Source: Eukaryota sp. TZLM1-RC (Eukaryota; Protista; Metamonada: BaSk clade). From it: DNA of 64,000 nucleotides. Shown one piece after another: positions 10,501 to 21,130 of this stretch; position 1 is the first letter of the stretch; each line of letters starts with the position of its first letter. The notes below the pieces were generated by a model that saw only the letters and a program-made list of their open reading frames with translations, was not told the origin of the DNA and did not search any database. The translations under genes were made by a program, and so were the position numbers. The stretch covers positions 6,843,604 to 6,907,603 of the forward strand of contig JAUPSS010000004.1 of the NCBI GenBank assembly GCA_040285825.1, in the 5' to 3' direction.

Positions 10501-12798
10501 TTGCAGGAACTTACCTTGGATATTAATTATAATTTACAATTAGCTATTGATGTTAGAGGTACAGCTGCTGATATTACTTTAATTGATAGGGAATTAAGTG
10601 CCAGTGCCCAGTTGTTTACCGCTTTTGGCGATGAATATTATTTAAATTCATTCAATAATGTTATGAACTCTGGCCGTCGAAATTCTTTAGTGAATGAAAT
10701 TTTGACTCTTTCGCTTTCACGTGATGAGCTTGAAGTTTTAAGTGAAGCCACAACAGTTAGGAATGAGATTGAGTACATTGAAGACATTGTTCTAAAGTTG
10801 GCTATTTCAGTCTTTGATGTGGAACCATCCCTTACTGATAGATGGGCTGAATTTACTTACAATATTGAAGAAGAAGCAAATTCTTTTGAAAAGCGTCTAA
10901 GGTACCCTGATACTAGTTGGTACTCCAACTTTGAGGACGATCTTGGTCTTGAAGAATCCAAAAGACTTGAACTTGCTAGGGAAACTGCTACTAATCAGCG
11001 GTGGTTTGATTTATTTGTTGCTTTAATGGCTGATATTGAAGGTACTGCTGATTTAATTGTGCAAGACAGATCGTCAATGATCCAAGAATCTTTGTTTACA
11101 ATTGATAGCTATTACAATTTAATTTGGTTGCTGCTGTTTGGTGTTGCTGGAACATTTGTTGTCATTTTCCTTTTGTTATGGAAAACTTTTAATAATTTGA
11201 ATCAAGGTAAAGCTTTTATTGTTTTGCTATTGGTTCTTGCAATTGGGTTTACTATTCCCGCCTACATTAACCTCAACAACTCTCCATTTAGTGATGCAGA
11301 ATTTGTTTCTTCCTTGGCCCAGGAATTAATTGACGCTTACATTACAATAGCTGTTGATGCAGAGTGGGAGTTTAATTCGTTCAGGAGAAGGGCTCAGTTG
11401 ATCCCTTTTGCCAATACTATTGAAAATTTCACTCCATTGATCAACTCTTACCACACAATGTTAAATTTATTCAATTCTGTTGAAACTAAGTCCTTTTACA
11501 CTTTACCCCCCTTGGATACTCTGGCAGACGATCTCAGTGATATTGCCAACCAAATAACACCCCTTGCAGAATCACTGTACGAAATGTCTCTTACTGCGGC
11601 TAAGTTGGTTGTTTCAGATGTTAATGATCATTTTTCTGAAGTAGGTAACTTTACTTGGGATTATTCTCTTTTGAACGAAGAAGAACGCACAAGATGGGAA
11701 CTACCAAGTGGTAAAAGTATCACAAATGAGGAAGATGACATGGCCTTGGAGTTTGACGAAAGGCTTGATCTTGCATTTGCTATCATTTCGTCCCGTTACT
11801 ATACACTTACAGTAGAGTCGATTGTTGACCTTTTCGACAATTTTAGAAGTATTGCCCGTGACTTTGCTTTGCACTCATCAAATGATATGGTTGCTGTTGC
11901 TGAACAAACCCAATCAACTGTCCTTCTTTCTGTTATTGGGGTGGCAGCTACAGTTTTTTGTTTCTTTTTGTCTTATTTGTACTGTGGTGCAAGAATGGAA
12001 AAAACCAAAGCCTTTGTCAAACAGCAATTGAACTTTCAAATCCTAATGAAATACACCAAACAATATGTGTTTTCTCTTTTTGCAATCTTTATTGTGCTAT
12101 CTCTATTTTACATTGTTTCTATTTTCAGTTTCATTTATCTCCGCGACTACCCCAATCTGCTCCTAAATACTGGAAGACGATCTGTATTATCAAGTAATTC
12201 GCTCTATTATCTCAACAATGCATTTACTTCCAGCAACCCTGTTTCTAGTCTCAATTCAGCTCGCAATGATGCTAGAGAAGTTTTAAGATTGCACCAACAT
12301 TTGGTTGAATCTCGTCTAGATGATGATACCTACCAGTCTGATTTACTTTTTGCTACAAATTTCGATGATTTTGATAGACGATTTGTTTACGATGGTGAAG
12401 AACAGCATCATGGATTACATTCTCTCGTTGTAAACTATGTCACTAGGTTGACTTCTTTTACATTGGGAGAAGGCGAAACTGAACACTCCCTTGACAGTCC
12501 AGAAGTTGATAGACTTAATCAACTTGGTGATGTTTTGCTGACCCTTTCCTTTGATTCAGTTGATTATCTTCGAGACTACGTTGTTGGAAGAATATCAATG
12601 CTCTTTACATTTCTATTGGTGATTTTCATTGGCTCTATTGGTGTCATTTTGGGAACTTATGTTTTTATTTTCAGAAAAATGTTGAGCACTTTGCACACAG
12701 TCGAAGATACTCAAATTGAGTTTTTGAGTATGATGTCAGATGATATTCTTTCTGGAGTTTCTGTTATCAGAGACTATATTGCCGAATGCGATTTTTAG
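7516..12798 (+). CDS. TmcB/TmcC-like large multi-pass membrane protein (1760 aa)
   Basis: N-terminal cluster of about 8-9 TM helices, a TPR-like segment (LLLAYASYVREVECDEERANAIEEQA), a Ser/Lys linker, then repeated TM hairpins with luminal domains. This matches the protist TmcB-like architecture. Confidence 0.6.
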   Translation: MSNPSSHYSLTTENERRVRSFWDKLFAVFDVLRYQNHPFLTTIALLIQLFQIIGFVLRTTKFHPIFDIGPVLRYTSLAYYFDFRANSRLSFFLGGGGLLLILVTLFGYLYTRVSSHSRHQSWFITVTRLLNGTVCTVLFIPLLSIFLSFIPCGRVVPDDLSHEVLTFHEGVQNCSSTVGIFTRGLAIFLAILLCLFCLARVCCVEGNDSPASKAPFSRSFNRVQFFSLVSIFLFMFIFFLFHNRYWLFRFTYLAASVTSTLLFLYHLPYYSRRTNSKVAVGLGIWLGTAIAFLFQSFIFLFASTNVVVDSFLYYSFMIISAVGAWYLTLIRYRKLEEFLTAARSELIKHGVLDSNYTLNEEVELTGLDYEVFQTSSVFELDALCRIMQPKPNSSEFKTTIKWIFTNLDYRFAESVDFICLKLNIEINLFKDSVSAAIAFNSLKNMDIDLRIDQKCLIHRLSQELETLRRQQSTGQSVDSSSFLQLQRQQKQIASLHRDCLEALYAFWSSLSSNKVDLNVLPPILEKVQSTKRVIESSFSKLFHNSADHQSLLLAYASYVREVECDEERANAIEEQAQLLSASDKSSSHGSTSFSGSLTMSSKDRDKQKKSKLSAISKSGFVNSKKKRKSAIKMLSTSILVALSILLAISIGSYIVSVTVLGLVEDKMDQLYELASVDIVSRNVGLFANRMYLNQSLGFDIRNQAETVLFESEHLNFHLRRLILPNIPSQDPSICPRAGDRQVNPPSAEVQAVLKDPRFPIVFNRDFVPPTAESQILSTFTLGLRHALEASLFAKRVIDGEAITLVGLDAVSNSLTGISNAVAYMSDYFIADSDSFFDFSFILQLFFVFVVVVTIFVIGFVLFARSFSKIATERAAILNLFLYIPKDEVKRILEDPKFHFKTKKKKRSKTFNQINDLDGILETSRQEIFSSSESEEEADKNKPKAFSVEEEESVVVDIEENSQEVKFVSLSLRIIMSTVCIFVFILIALILLFSQNLQELTLDINYNLQLAIDVRGTAADITLIDRELSASAQLFTAFGDEYYLNSFNNVMNSGRRNSLVNEILTLSLSRDELEVLSEATTVRNEIEYIEDIVLKLAISVFDVEPSLTDRWAEFTYNIEEEANSFEKRLRYPDTSWYSNFEDDLGLEESKRLELARETATNQRWFDLFVALMADIEGTADLIVQDRSSMIQESLFTIDSYYNLIWLLLFGVAGTFVVIFLLLWKTFNNLNQGKAFIVLLLVLAIGFTIPAYINLNNSPFSDAEFVSSLAQELIDAYITIAVDAEWEFNSFRRRAQLIPFANTIENFTPLINSYHTMLNLFNSVETKSFYTLPPLDTLADDLSDIANQITPLAESLYEMSLTAAKLVVSDVNDHFSEVGNFTWDYSLLNEEERTRWELPSGKSITNEEDDMALEFDERLDLAFAIISSRYYTLTVESIVDLFDNFRSIARDFALHSSNDMVAVAEQTQSTVLLSVIGVAATVFCFFLSYLYCGARMEKTKAFVKQQLNFQILMKYTKQYVFSLFAIFIVLSLFYIVSIFSFIYLRDYPNLLLNTGRRSVLSSNSLYYLNNAFTSSNPVSSLNSARNDAREVLRLHQHLVESRLDDDTYQSDLLFATNFDDFDRRFVYDGEEQHHGLHSLVVNYVTRLTSFTLGEGETEHSLDSPEVDRLNQLGDVLLTLSFDSVDYLRDYVVGRISMLFTFLLVIFIGSIGVILGTYVFIFRKMLSTLHTVEDTQIEFLSMMSDDILSGVSVIRDYIAECDF

Positions 12799-12891
12799 TA
12801 TTAATTACCTAATTTAAATGTATTATATTTTATTTAATAAATAGTATTATTTTTTACAAGTTAAAAGAACATTGGGAAAAGAGATAATAGA

Positions 12892-13776
12892 TCAACAGCT
12901 ACAGCTCTGCTTCTTGGTACTGTCTTCCTCCACACTTACGTCATCACTTCCTTCTGTCATGTGTCCAGAAATACTTGGTATGGTATCGTCAAAATTAACA
13001 AACTCGGCACCTTGGCTTTCAGTCTCACCGGGGGACAGCAATTCCAAATGCCGAAGGAGCAAAACAGCGGCCATTCTATCAAAAAGTTCTTCAACTCCGT
13101 ATCCAGAGCGAGAACTCGCTTCAAGGTACTCTGCGGAAATTCCGGCAGCCACTTCACCACCCTCATTCTTCGATATACATCCCCAAGCACCAGCTCCACT
13201 TAAAGAGTGGTCATTTGACTCAAAGGAATGGTTGTCAAGAGAAGAAGATTGTGAATTACGGAGATCAGTTTTAAGGCCAACCACAAACAATAAAGGTCTG
13301 GAAGCATCATTGGTACAAACGTCATCAACTCGCGCACACCACTGTGGGACATTGGAGAGTGACTTTGGAGAGGACACGTCGAAGCAGAGTAAAGCCGCAT
13401 GTGAATTTCTGAAATAGTTGGAAGTTAAACTACTGAGACTACTTTCCTGGCCCGCAGTATCCCACAGTTGAAGTGTTATTTTACAACCCTCTATAACATA
13501 CTCATGAGTGGAATACTCAACACCAACAGTAGCATGGTAGAAAGGAGAGAACTCACCTTTTGTGAGACGATTAACAAGTGTAGTTTTGCCTACAGCTGCA
13601 TCCCCTATTACACAAACTTTAAATGAAAACCCAGTTTGTGTGTCCAGTTCTAGTTCTGAAAGAAGTCTAACAATTCGAGTGGCCAGAGAAGGCTGGGAAG
13701 GGTCGCTTGTGGTATCTTGAGGTTTACCTAGACCTGAAACAAGACATCCTAAAGTTGGGTACCTTGTCTTAGACAT
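12892..13776 (-). CDS. Rab-family small GTPase (divergent, N-terminal extension)
   Basis: GDAAVGKT, TVGVEY, WDTAGQE, YFRN, GLKTDL, EASSRSG, and a C-terminal CSC prenylation motif. Confidence 0.9.
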   Translation of the reverse strand: MSKTRYPTLGCLVSGLGKPQDTTSDPSQPSLATRIVRLLSELELDTQTGFSFKVCVIGDAAVGKTTLVNRLTKGEFSPFYHATVGVEYSTHEYVIEGCKITLQLWDTAGQESSLSSLTSNYFRNSHAALLCFDVSSPKSLSNVPQWCARVDDVCTNDASRPLLFVVGLKTDLRNSQSSSLDNHSFESNDHSLSGAGAWGCISKNEGGEVAAGISAEYLEASSRSGYGVEELFDRMAAVLLLRHLELLSPGETESQGAEFVNFDDTIPSISGHMTEGSDDVSVEEDSTKKQSCSC

Positions 13777-13859
13777 CGGCTAAAAGCACGGTAATGTCAA
13801 AAATCAAAAACCTGTTGAGAACTGAAGTGCAAGGAGAGAATCTGAGATGGTGTTTTTCT

Positions 13860-13948
13860 GTGGGAAATTCCCATAAATACACGATCAATTTTCGTGTGGA
13901 ATAATTACAAAAAGTTTTTGTAGATAGTTTTTGTCAAAAACTATCTAC
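13860..13948 (-). ncRNA. Candidate omegaRNA scaffold of Fz-A
   Basis: Perfect 13-bp hairpin at 13920-13948 overlapping the Fanzor stop codon, plus hairpins at 13879-13897 and 13861-13873. Confidence 0.45.
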
Positions 13949-16900
13949 TACACAGATACTGAGGTCTTTCATTACCACTCATTCTGGCTTCAGCAATTGC
14001 AAACATATTCAGACAAGCCAGCTTATTTCTATTGAAGAGCTTTGTTGAGCCTTTGTTACTGAGTTTGCAACTCTCGCTATTACAAGCTAATAAACCATTA
14101 CATGTAGTAACAGGAGTCTTTTCTCTTCTATACACTCTGGGATTTGTTACTCTCAAAAACGTAGCAACCTTTTCAAAACAAACAGGACATTTTGCTGAAG
14201 TGAAAGCTTCATTGATCATCAATACTTCAAATCCATTTCTTTTCAGAAATTGAATCCATCCAATGCCTCGAGTAGGTCTCTGATGTTTCAAATTTTTAAA
14301 ACCTTTTTTACCATAATCACCCATTAGTATTAAAGTGTCTTTCGGGTTGCCAAACTGTTGAACAAGGCTTTTTAACAACCAACTTTCAGTCTTTTGCTTG
14401 TGAATGAAAGCTTGCATTTTATGAATGCTCCACAAGTCAAGACTATAAAAGTCAATTGTCAAAAAAAATTGCCGAAGTTTGGCAACCACATAGTTGGAAA
14501 AGTCTATAAAAGTCGCCGAATTTGCAGCAAATGCTGATAATTCGGTGTTTGCATCTTCAATTGTCATTTCGTTAGACTCTATCATTTGGTTCCTGTCGTA
14601 ACCTACCTCAGTACACTTTGTCGCCCATCGTTTTTGCTTTTCATTCATCCTACTTTTCCAAGACCAGGACATCTGAGTCATTCTCAACCATTTGTACTTC
14701 TTGTCTCCATTCATCACCCTACTATTTCTTTGCTGTTCACTTTCATGTTCAGGCACCATGGCTAGTTTTTGATCAGTCTTTTTACTCTCAAAATACAATA
14801 AATCACGTTTTCCAGGATCACAACCAACAATTCGTTTGTCTAGAAAAGTATCAACATCAACATCATGAATATTTAAATCAGAAATACTGGCCTTGTTGTC
14901 TGGCTTACATTTCTGACCTTGTAAATCCTGACGACCAAATTCTACTGCAATATTAAAACCATCTGTGTGGATAATTTTGTTGAATTTATAGCTCTTCTGT
15001 TTGAACATTGGTTGGTTCAAATCGACAATATTAGACCAAAAGTCAAATTGCTAAGGTGGTTTGAATTTCTTAATTTGGGCTAGTGTATTGGACATTTTTC
15101 AGCGTCTGTGTAGGTCATAAATCATCCATTAATGTTTGTTTGATAAATTCTCCATATTGTTCTTGTATCAATAGGAAAATATCCAGGGCTTACAGTGGTT
15201 GAAACGGGAGAAATATGATAAGGTTTTTTCTCTCTACTGGAAATATATTGAGCAATTGCAATTGCTGGTTTTAGAAATATTTGAGGATCTGTTTTAACAG
15301 CGTCTGCAAAAAAATGTATATCCACTGGAACTATATTATCAACAAAATTCTCGTCAGTGACCAAATTCTCAAATTTGACAGGTAAATGGCTCAATAAGTT
15401 TTCATAAATGTCTCTACGTTCATTATTTCTTATATCATGCTGTTCACATAAATCGAAAAATTCGTCAATCAGAAGGTCTGAATTATTTTCTGGATGATGA
15501 AACAAAGCAATCAAGCAATTTCTATCATCAACTAAAAAGAAGTTTTTGAATTGTAGAAGCCTAAATCTATATAGTGAAATAATTGTAGATAATGGCGTTG
15601 AGTATCTACCCAGTTTGTGCATTTCTACTAACACATTTTCCACATCTGGTTTTTCAAAATAAACATTAATAAAACGACTGATATGTTTTTCATGATCTAG
15701 TTTCAAATTATTCTCAAAATTGGTAAACATTACTGGGGCCATTTACTCAGGTGGTCTACTGTGTTGTTGTTGAACTCATATTGAATTAGTAGGTTTCTTT
15801 GTATTTCGACTGATGACGTGATACTCATTTATGAATCAGTTTTATTAATAAACTTAGATTTCTCTCTCTCCTTCGTGTGTTCATCTGCCTAACGGCATCA
15901 ATAATTATTGGCCCTTCTTATTTCAGATGACTGTTCCCTCTGTTAACCTGACGTCTCTTTCTTCCATGAAAGTTGAAAGTGTTCTTCTGTTCCTATAGGA
16001 GTGAAAGATTTATTCTTCGGTGACTCCTAAGAAAGAGCTTGTTCCAGCAAGACTCTTGGTCGATTCTTTTCTGTTAGAGTCCCTATCTCTCCAGAAATCC
16101 GACGTCTCATCCAGTGACGATGTTCTTCTCAGACATCTACAATCTGTCGTATCGTTCGTCACGTACGAAGATTTTAGTCTGGCTATGTCAGAACTGAAGC
16201 TTGATGTCCGTATTGGTGACGTCCGAGAACGCATGTCCTGTTACCTGCGACGTTTCCTCCAGGTAAAGAGTAGGGCTTCCGGACTGAAGTTGCCAGACAT
16301 AGCTTTTCTGAACCGATTTGCCAGAGGAATTCTTCCCGTAGGTCTCCAACGTTCTCATACCAACGATGCACCGGAGAATTTAACAAACCCCATATCTTCC
16401 CTCTATTGAGCCAGTACTGTATTTGTCCTCAGAAAAGTGGAAAAAAGTAGTGTTGTTGTTGAACTCATATTGAATTAGTAGGTTTCTTTGTATTTCGACT
16501 GATGACGTGATACTCATTTATGAATCAGTTTTATTAATAAACTTAGATTTCTCTCTCTCCTTCGTGTGTTCATCTGCCTAACGGCATCAACTGAAGCCAT
16601 CAGTTGGAAATCGTGGAAAAAACTCAGGCCTATATCTCAAATGGTCTACATAACTTATAGTTTTGTTCAACTTTGGTTGTTCAAAGATAGTCGATAATCT
16701 ATAATCTCTTTCAATGACCTACTCTCTCCGCTCCAATGACCTATTTACATGTGTCAAGAGAAATACTCGCACAGTTAAAACCACTGCTGATCAACGACCT
16801 TCACTACTTCAGTACATACCCCCTTCCTTTCCAGACCAAAACTTCATCAATGATATCGTATTCTTTTATTCAGATCATAAAACAAGGGTCAATAAATTGG

Positions 16901-17057
16901 GGCAACTATATTCTAGGTTTTACGGTCAAGGTGGTATGAATGTCTTTACTACAAAAAATGATAGTTCGATTTAGATATTGTATAATTTATCTTCCAATAA
17001 ATTTGATGATTTATTTAATGAAATTTGATGATTGTAAATGGATCCATTTTCTGCCAT
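13941..17057 (-). pseudogene. Fanzor1-like nuclease (Fz-A), interrupted by TRIM
   Basis: HTDG, RuvC-I IVGCDPGKRDLL, MGDYG, RuvC-II INEAFTSAKCPVC, GLLAC..C and RuvC-III FNRNKLACLNM (D>N). The upstream ORF 15122-15742 (MFTNFENNLK) continues in frame across the TRIM into 16594-16715. A tentative N-terminus (FTIIK/ISLNK) lies near 17057. Confidence 0.85.
15762..16589 (+). mobile_element. Non-autonomous mini LTR element (TRIM-like, 828 bp) with gag-like remnant
   Basis: Identical 139-bp LTRs at 15762-15900 and 16451-16589 (TG...CA). PPT agaaaagtggaaaaaagtag. 4-bp TSD ACTG at 15758-61 and 16590-93. Confidence 0.92.
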
Positions 17058-17128
17058 GATCAAATGAGATAATTGTTAAGTGGAAGAGTCGAAGTTGAAA
17101 CATGATGGCTGTGGTTTTCATTTGATAC

Positions 17129-19138
17129 TGATATTTGCTACTGATGTATTATTTCGCCAAAATGAATCCAATGTTTGTATGTCATTGGATTTTAGTAATG
17201 CTTTCAATTCACTCAGTCGTCGCAGTATCCATGGTGCTCTATTGCAATATATGCCGGAATTAATGCCGTATTTTCAATCAACATATTGCACATATTCTAA
17301 TTTACATTTTGGTAATAACATTTTGAGTTCATCAAGTGGTGTAAAGCAAGGAGATCCGTTAGGACCTCTTTTGTTTTGTTTAGCCATTCATCCTATTTTA
17401 CTGCAAATTCAAGAGATGTTTCCTTCGCTAAAAATGATTGCATATATGGATGATGTTGTGCTTATTGGTGATTTAAATATTGTGAAACAAGCAACTGTAT
17501 GTTTTAAAGAATTATTTACCAAAATTGGTCTCCGACTTAATTTACTTAAATGTGTTTTGTTATCGAATTCTTTAGTTTCCACAATAGTTGATGGTATTGA
17601 AATTCAAGCCAAATTATATTCAATTGATGTTATTCGTCATTTGGGTTCGTTTTTAAAAAATAATGGTGAAATTACCAAAAAATTGTTTGAAAAGTTGAAC
17701 TCAATTTCTGACAAAATTGACCGAATGATGAATTTAGATATACAAAAACACATCAAATTTACCATTATAAGACTGTTTTAGTTCCAATTTTAATCATATA
17801 TTTCGATCTACAAATCCTCTCGTCACTAGACCTTTGGCTCAGAAGTTTAATGAATTGCGTGCAAAAGTTCTGTCTCAATTACTGGGATGTAAAATGTTCC
17901 AAATTCCAGATCATGCTTACCTTAGTCCACATTATAGCGGTTTAGGGTGGACGAAGGCTTCTATTCTTACCTCGTGTGCATTTGTTGGAGGATGCAGAAA
18001 TGCAATCTTTGAGTTTTCTGAAAGATTTGCAGATTGGGAAGATTTATTGATGACAACGCACAGTTCCACTGTTTTTGCATTAAATGAAGAAATTTCAAAA
18101 ATTGATGTAGAAAAATGGGGTCGATGTTTTCCCCAATCATTCAATGGCAATATTCCAGAAAAAACTGTTTTAAATTTGAAGTACACTCTTCGAACATTAC
18201 AGAAACGATTGATTGGAATGTATGAAAAAGATCTTTATAATAATATATGCAGCTCGGCTGTTTTAAATCAAGATCTTCACTCATTGTTATTGGAAAAGGG
18301 TGTTTGTGAAAACAAGTCATCAGATCTTCACTTTTGTAACCATTGTACCACGAAGATTTGGATTGTGTGCCACTAATGAAGCATTTGTAACAAAAATGAG
18401 ATTATATTTGAATATCCCCATTAATCAATTATTTTCAAAAGAAAAATGTATTTGTTCAAATTCACCTCAACTCACTTTGCACCATGCTCTGAATTGTTCT
18501 AAATTGATAACTTATCGTTCTTCATTACATGATGCTGTTAGAGACACTGTTTTCAATATGGCACAAACTGCAAGAATATCTTGTATCAAAGAGCCCCTGC
18601 TGAAGGAACACTTTCTCTGAATAATTTTGGTTCTGATGATAGAAGTGATGTATACTGTGATTGGATTGATAATTCTGAAGCTATTGTTGACTTTGTCTCA
18701 TGTAATGTTGCAAATGATACTTTGGTTCACAGAAGAAAACTTAATCCTGTGGCTGCTCTGGATTTTAAAGCAAAAGAGAAACATAGAAAATATGATAAAG
18801 ATATTGAAGAGTCTAATGTTGATAGAAATACACAGCTGGTTTTTATTGCTTTCCCATTTTCGATAAATGGAAGATTATCAGATGAAGCAGAAACTTTTTT
18901 GAATGACTTCCAAAAATTGGTGCAAGAAAAACCTATGAAAAGATTTGATATTTTTTTATGGCGTTCACGGATTCAATTTGCCATTATTAATAGATTACCA
19001 CGGTTTTTCAATCGAATAAGAGAAGCTTTAGCTAGACAGCAAGCAGATCAAGATTTTGTAGAGGAAATCTTGGTTCAATGATAGTCGTCCCATTAGTTAT
19101 GAGTTAATTTAATTAAGTGTGCAAATTCAATAAATATT
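17129..19138 (+). mobile_element. 5'-truncated non-LTR retrotransposon with restriction-like endonuclease (CRE-like), frameshifted
   Basis: RT motifs LDFSNAFN, GVKQGDPLGPLLF and AYMDD. CCHC CICSN..HALNC, then SLHDAVRD, EP, DRSD, VDF and KxxKY. 3' AATAAA. TSD ATTTGATAC at 17120-28 and 19139-47. Confidence 0.9.
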
Positions 19139-19294
19139 ATTTGATACATTTCATACTTTCTTCAAACATCATTCAAACTTATTCCAACCTTCATTCTTGG
19201 TGTGATCGTCCACAGATGTTCTAGAATTCTCGAATAATTGGCCACCAATCTCAGTGAGCCCATTTCTCCTCTAGAACAATACGTAGCTTTAGAG

Positions 19295-21130
19295 CTAGTT
19301 TCTTTGTGGTATCTGGAACGTTTCTGGTCTTGTTCCATAGTAGTGCTCACTAATTGCTTTCTCAAGCTGATTTAGTGATACAGAAATGTCTCTAGACCAA
19401 ACTTGATTACATTCCGCACAACTGAACTAGGCGTTGTGAACTTTAACTTCACCATCAACTTCTCGATAGATCTTTTGGTGTAGCATCTTGCAGCAGTTCA
19501 CCGTTGCACATGTCATATATTCATCTCCGATCTTCACATAAGCAAATGAACATTGTAACAACTTGAGAAACGCTTTACGTGGTGTTTTCACTTTTTGACG
19601 TGATGTACAGGCACCTCCATTGCCAAACCACACCTTTACTTCTCGACCGTCTGCAAATTCTTTCACATTGTTGATAATTGTTGTTTTCTTATAATGAAGT
19701 CAAATGTGTTTCTCCTCAATGCTTTTCGAGCACTCAGATATAATTGCCAATTTAGCAATGATCGTCTTACGTTATTACCTTCATAGTCCTTATAGTCACC
19801 GATAGTTGATATTTCAAGCAGATAATGGTTCAATTTCTACACGTCATAAACATCTATTGATGAGTGGGTCAGTGAAGGGGAGTGATTGTTTTTCGTTGCT
19901 TTGGTGTCAAGAAGATATTGGATACGGTTGGCCCTGAACGTGTTCCATTGTTGGCACCACATAGATTTGAGTGGTTGGGGTCGATGGCCCAGAACACCAT
20001 GTCCGTCTCATCATCAGGTGCCTGCCTCTCAGTAGCTTTTGGTTTCTGGCGAGGTCTATGCCGTTCAACCTTGGCTTGCAAGGTATGTTTTCTATTCCGA
20101 ATGGTTTCGTAGTGATCAAGTTCCCCTCTGAATCTCTCATCAGTTAAGGCTTCTCCAGACAATCTCACTTGTGTTGCTTTTGGGTGGGGTTTGAAAGTTA
20201 TACGGACACTATCACCATTAAAAGACATGGTATAGTCATTAGCTCTTGTTTTAAAAAATAAATAAGGGTTTTTCATTATTGTTTGTGATGTGTTTTTGGA
20301 GATAAAATAGTTGAGAACCCATGTGGAAACGGGAACAAAAGCAGGCTTCAAACTAGCGATAGGGGTGAGTTTCTGTCTTCTGAAGGTATGTGGAAAGGCT
20401 TGCTCCAGGTGGTTTTAGATTGTTGATCCGCAACCAAAAAAGTAAATACTATTGCCTTGATTAAGAGTCACTTTTTGGGAAGAAAGAAGAGTGTTGTACC
20501 TTTGCGGATCACCAACCAAGAAGTTAAATAGAGTGACAGCCATTGTATGGTGTGTGTTGAACCAAGAAAGAAGAGGTTCCCGAAAGTTCGTGTTGTTGTT
20601 AAGTACAGAGCTTGCGTAAGTGGCTGGTGCAGGGCAGTTATGACCGACTGCATACGAGCAAAAGAAGTTGAGCTTCCAAGACACAAGACCATCAGCAAGA
20701 AGCTGCTGGTAGTTGCCTTGCAGCTGGCGGCACCTTGCAACCACTAGTTGTTGTAGAGGCCTACTAGTGAGCAGTGCATGATTACGACCTGTTCTTGACA
20801 AGAACAAGACAGCAAACGGCCATGATGTAGAGATTCGCTTGAGCTTTTCATACACATGGGCTTTGCCAGTCTGTTGAATGGATGTCTGACTTTTGGCTTA
20901 GAGACCGCCACAAAGTCACGACACTGGATCCAGAATTGATGCTGAGTCAGGAAATGACTGTCTTCAGAGAAGCGCACAGCAAAAACTATGGCCAGCAAGC
21001 TGCCCAGGTGAGCCATGGTGGTCACCTTGGAGCTGTCCATCAATATAATCACACACTGGCCGCTCAAAAAACTGATGAAGGGAGCAGGCAAGTGTAAGTT
21101 TACAACATGTAGTTTACATGTGTTTACATG
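19295..21130 (-). pseudogene. Fanzor-like nuclease (Fz-B), frameshifted
   Basis: SFNGDSV, RuvC-I FWAIDPNHSNLC, WFGNG, RuvC-II GDEYMTCATVNCC, CAECNQVWSRDISVSLN and RPETF. Confidence 0.85.

Noticed and set aside
12872-13417. 181-aa plus-strand ORF and other antisense ORFs within long genes
   Set aside because: Shadow frames of real genes with no independent motifs.
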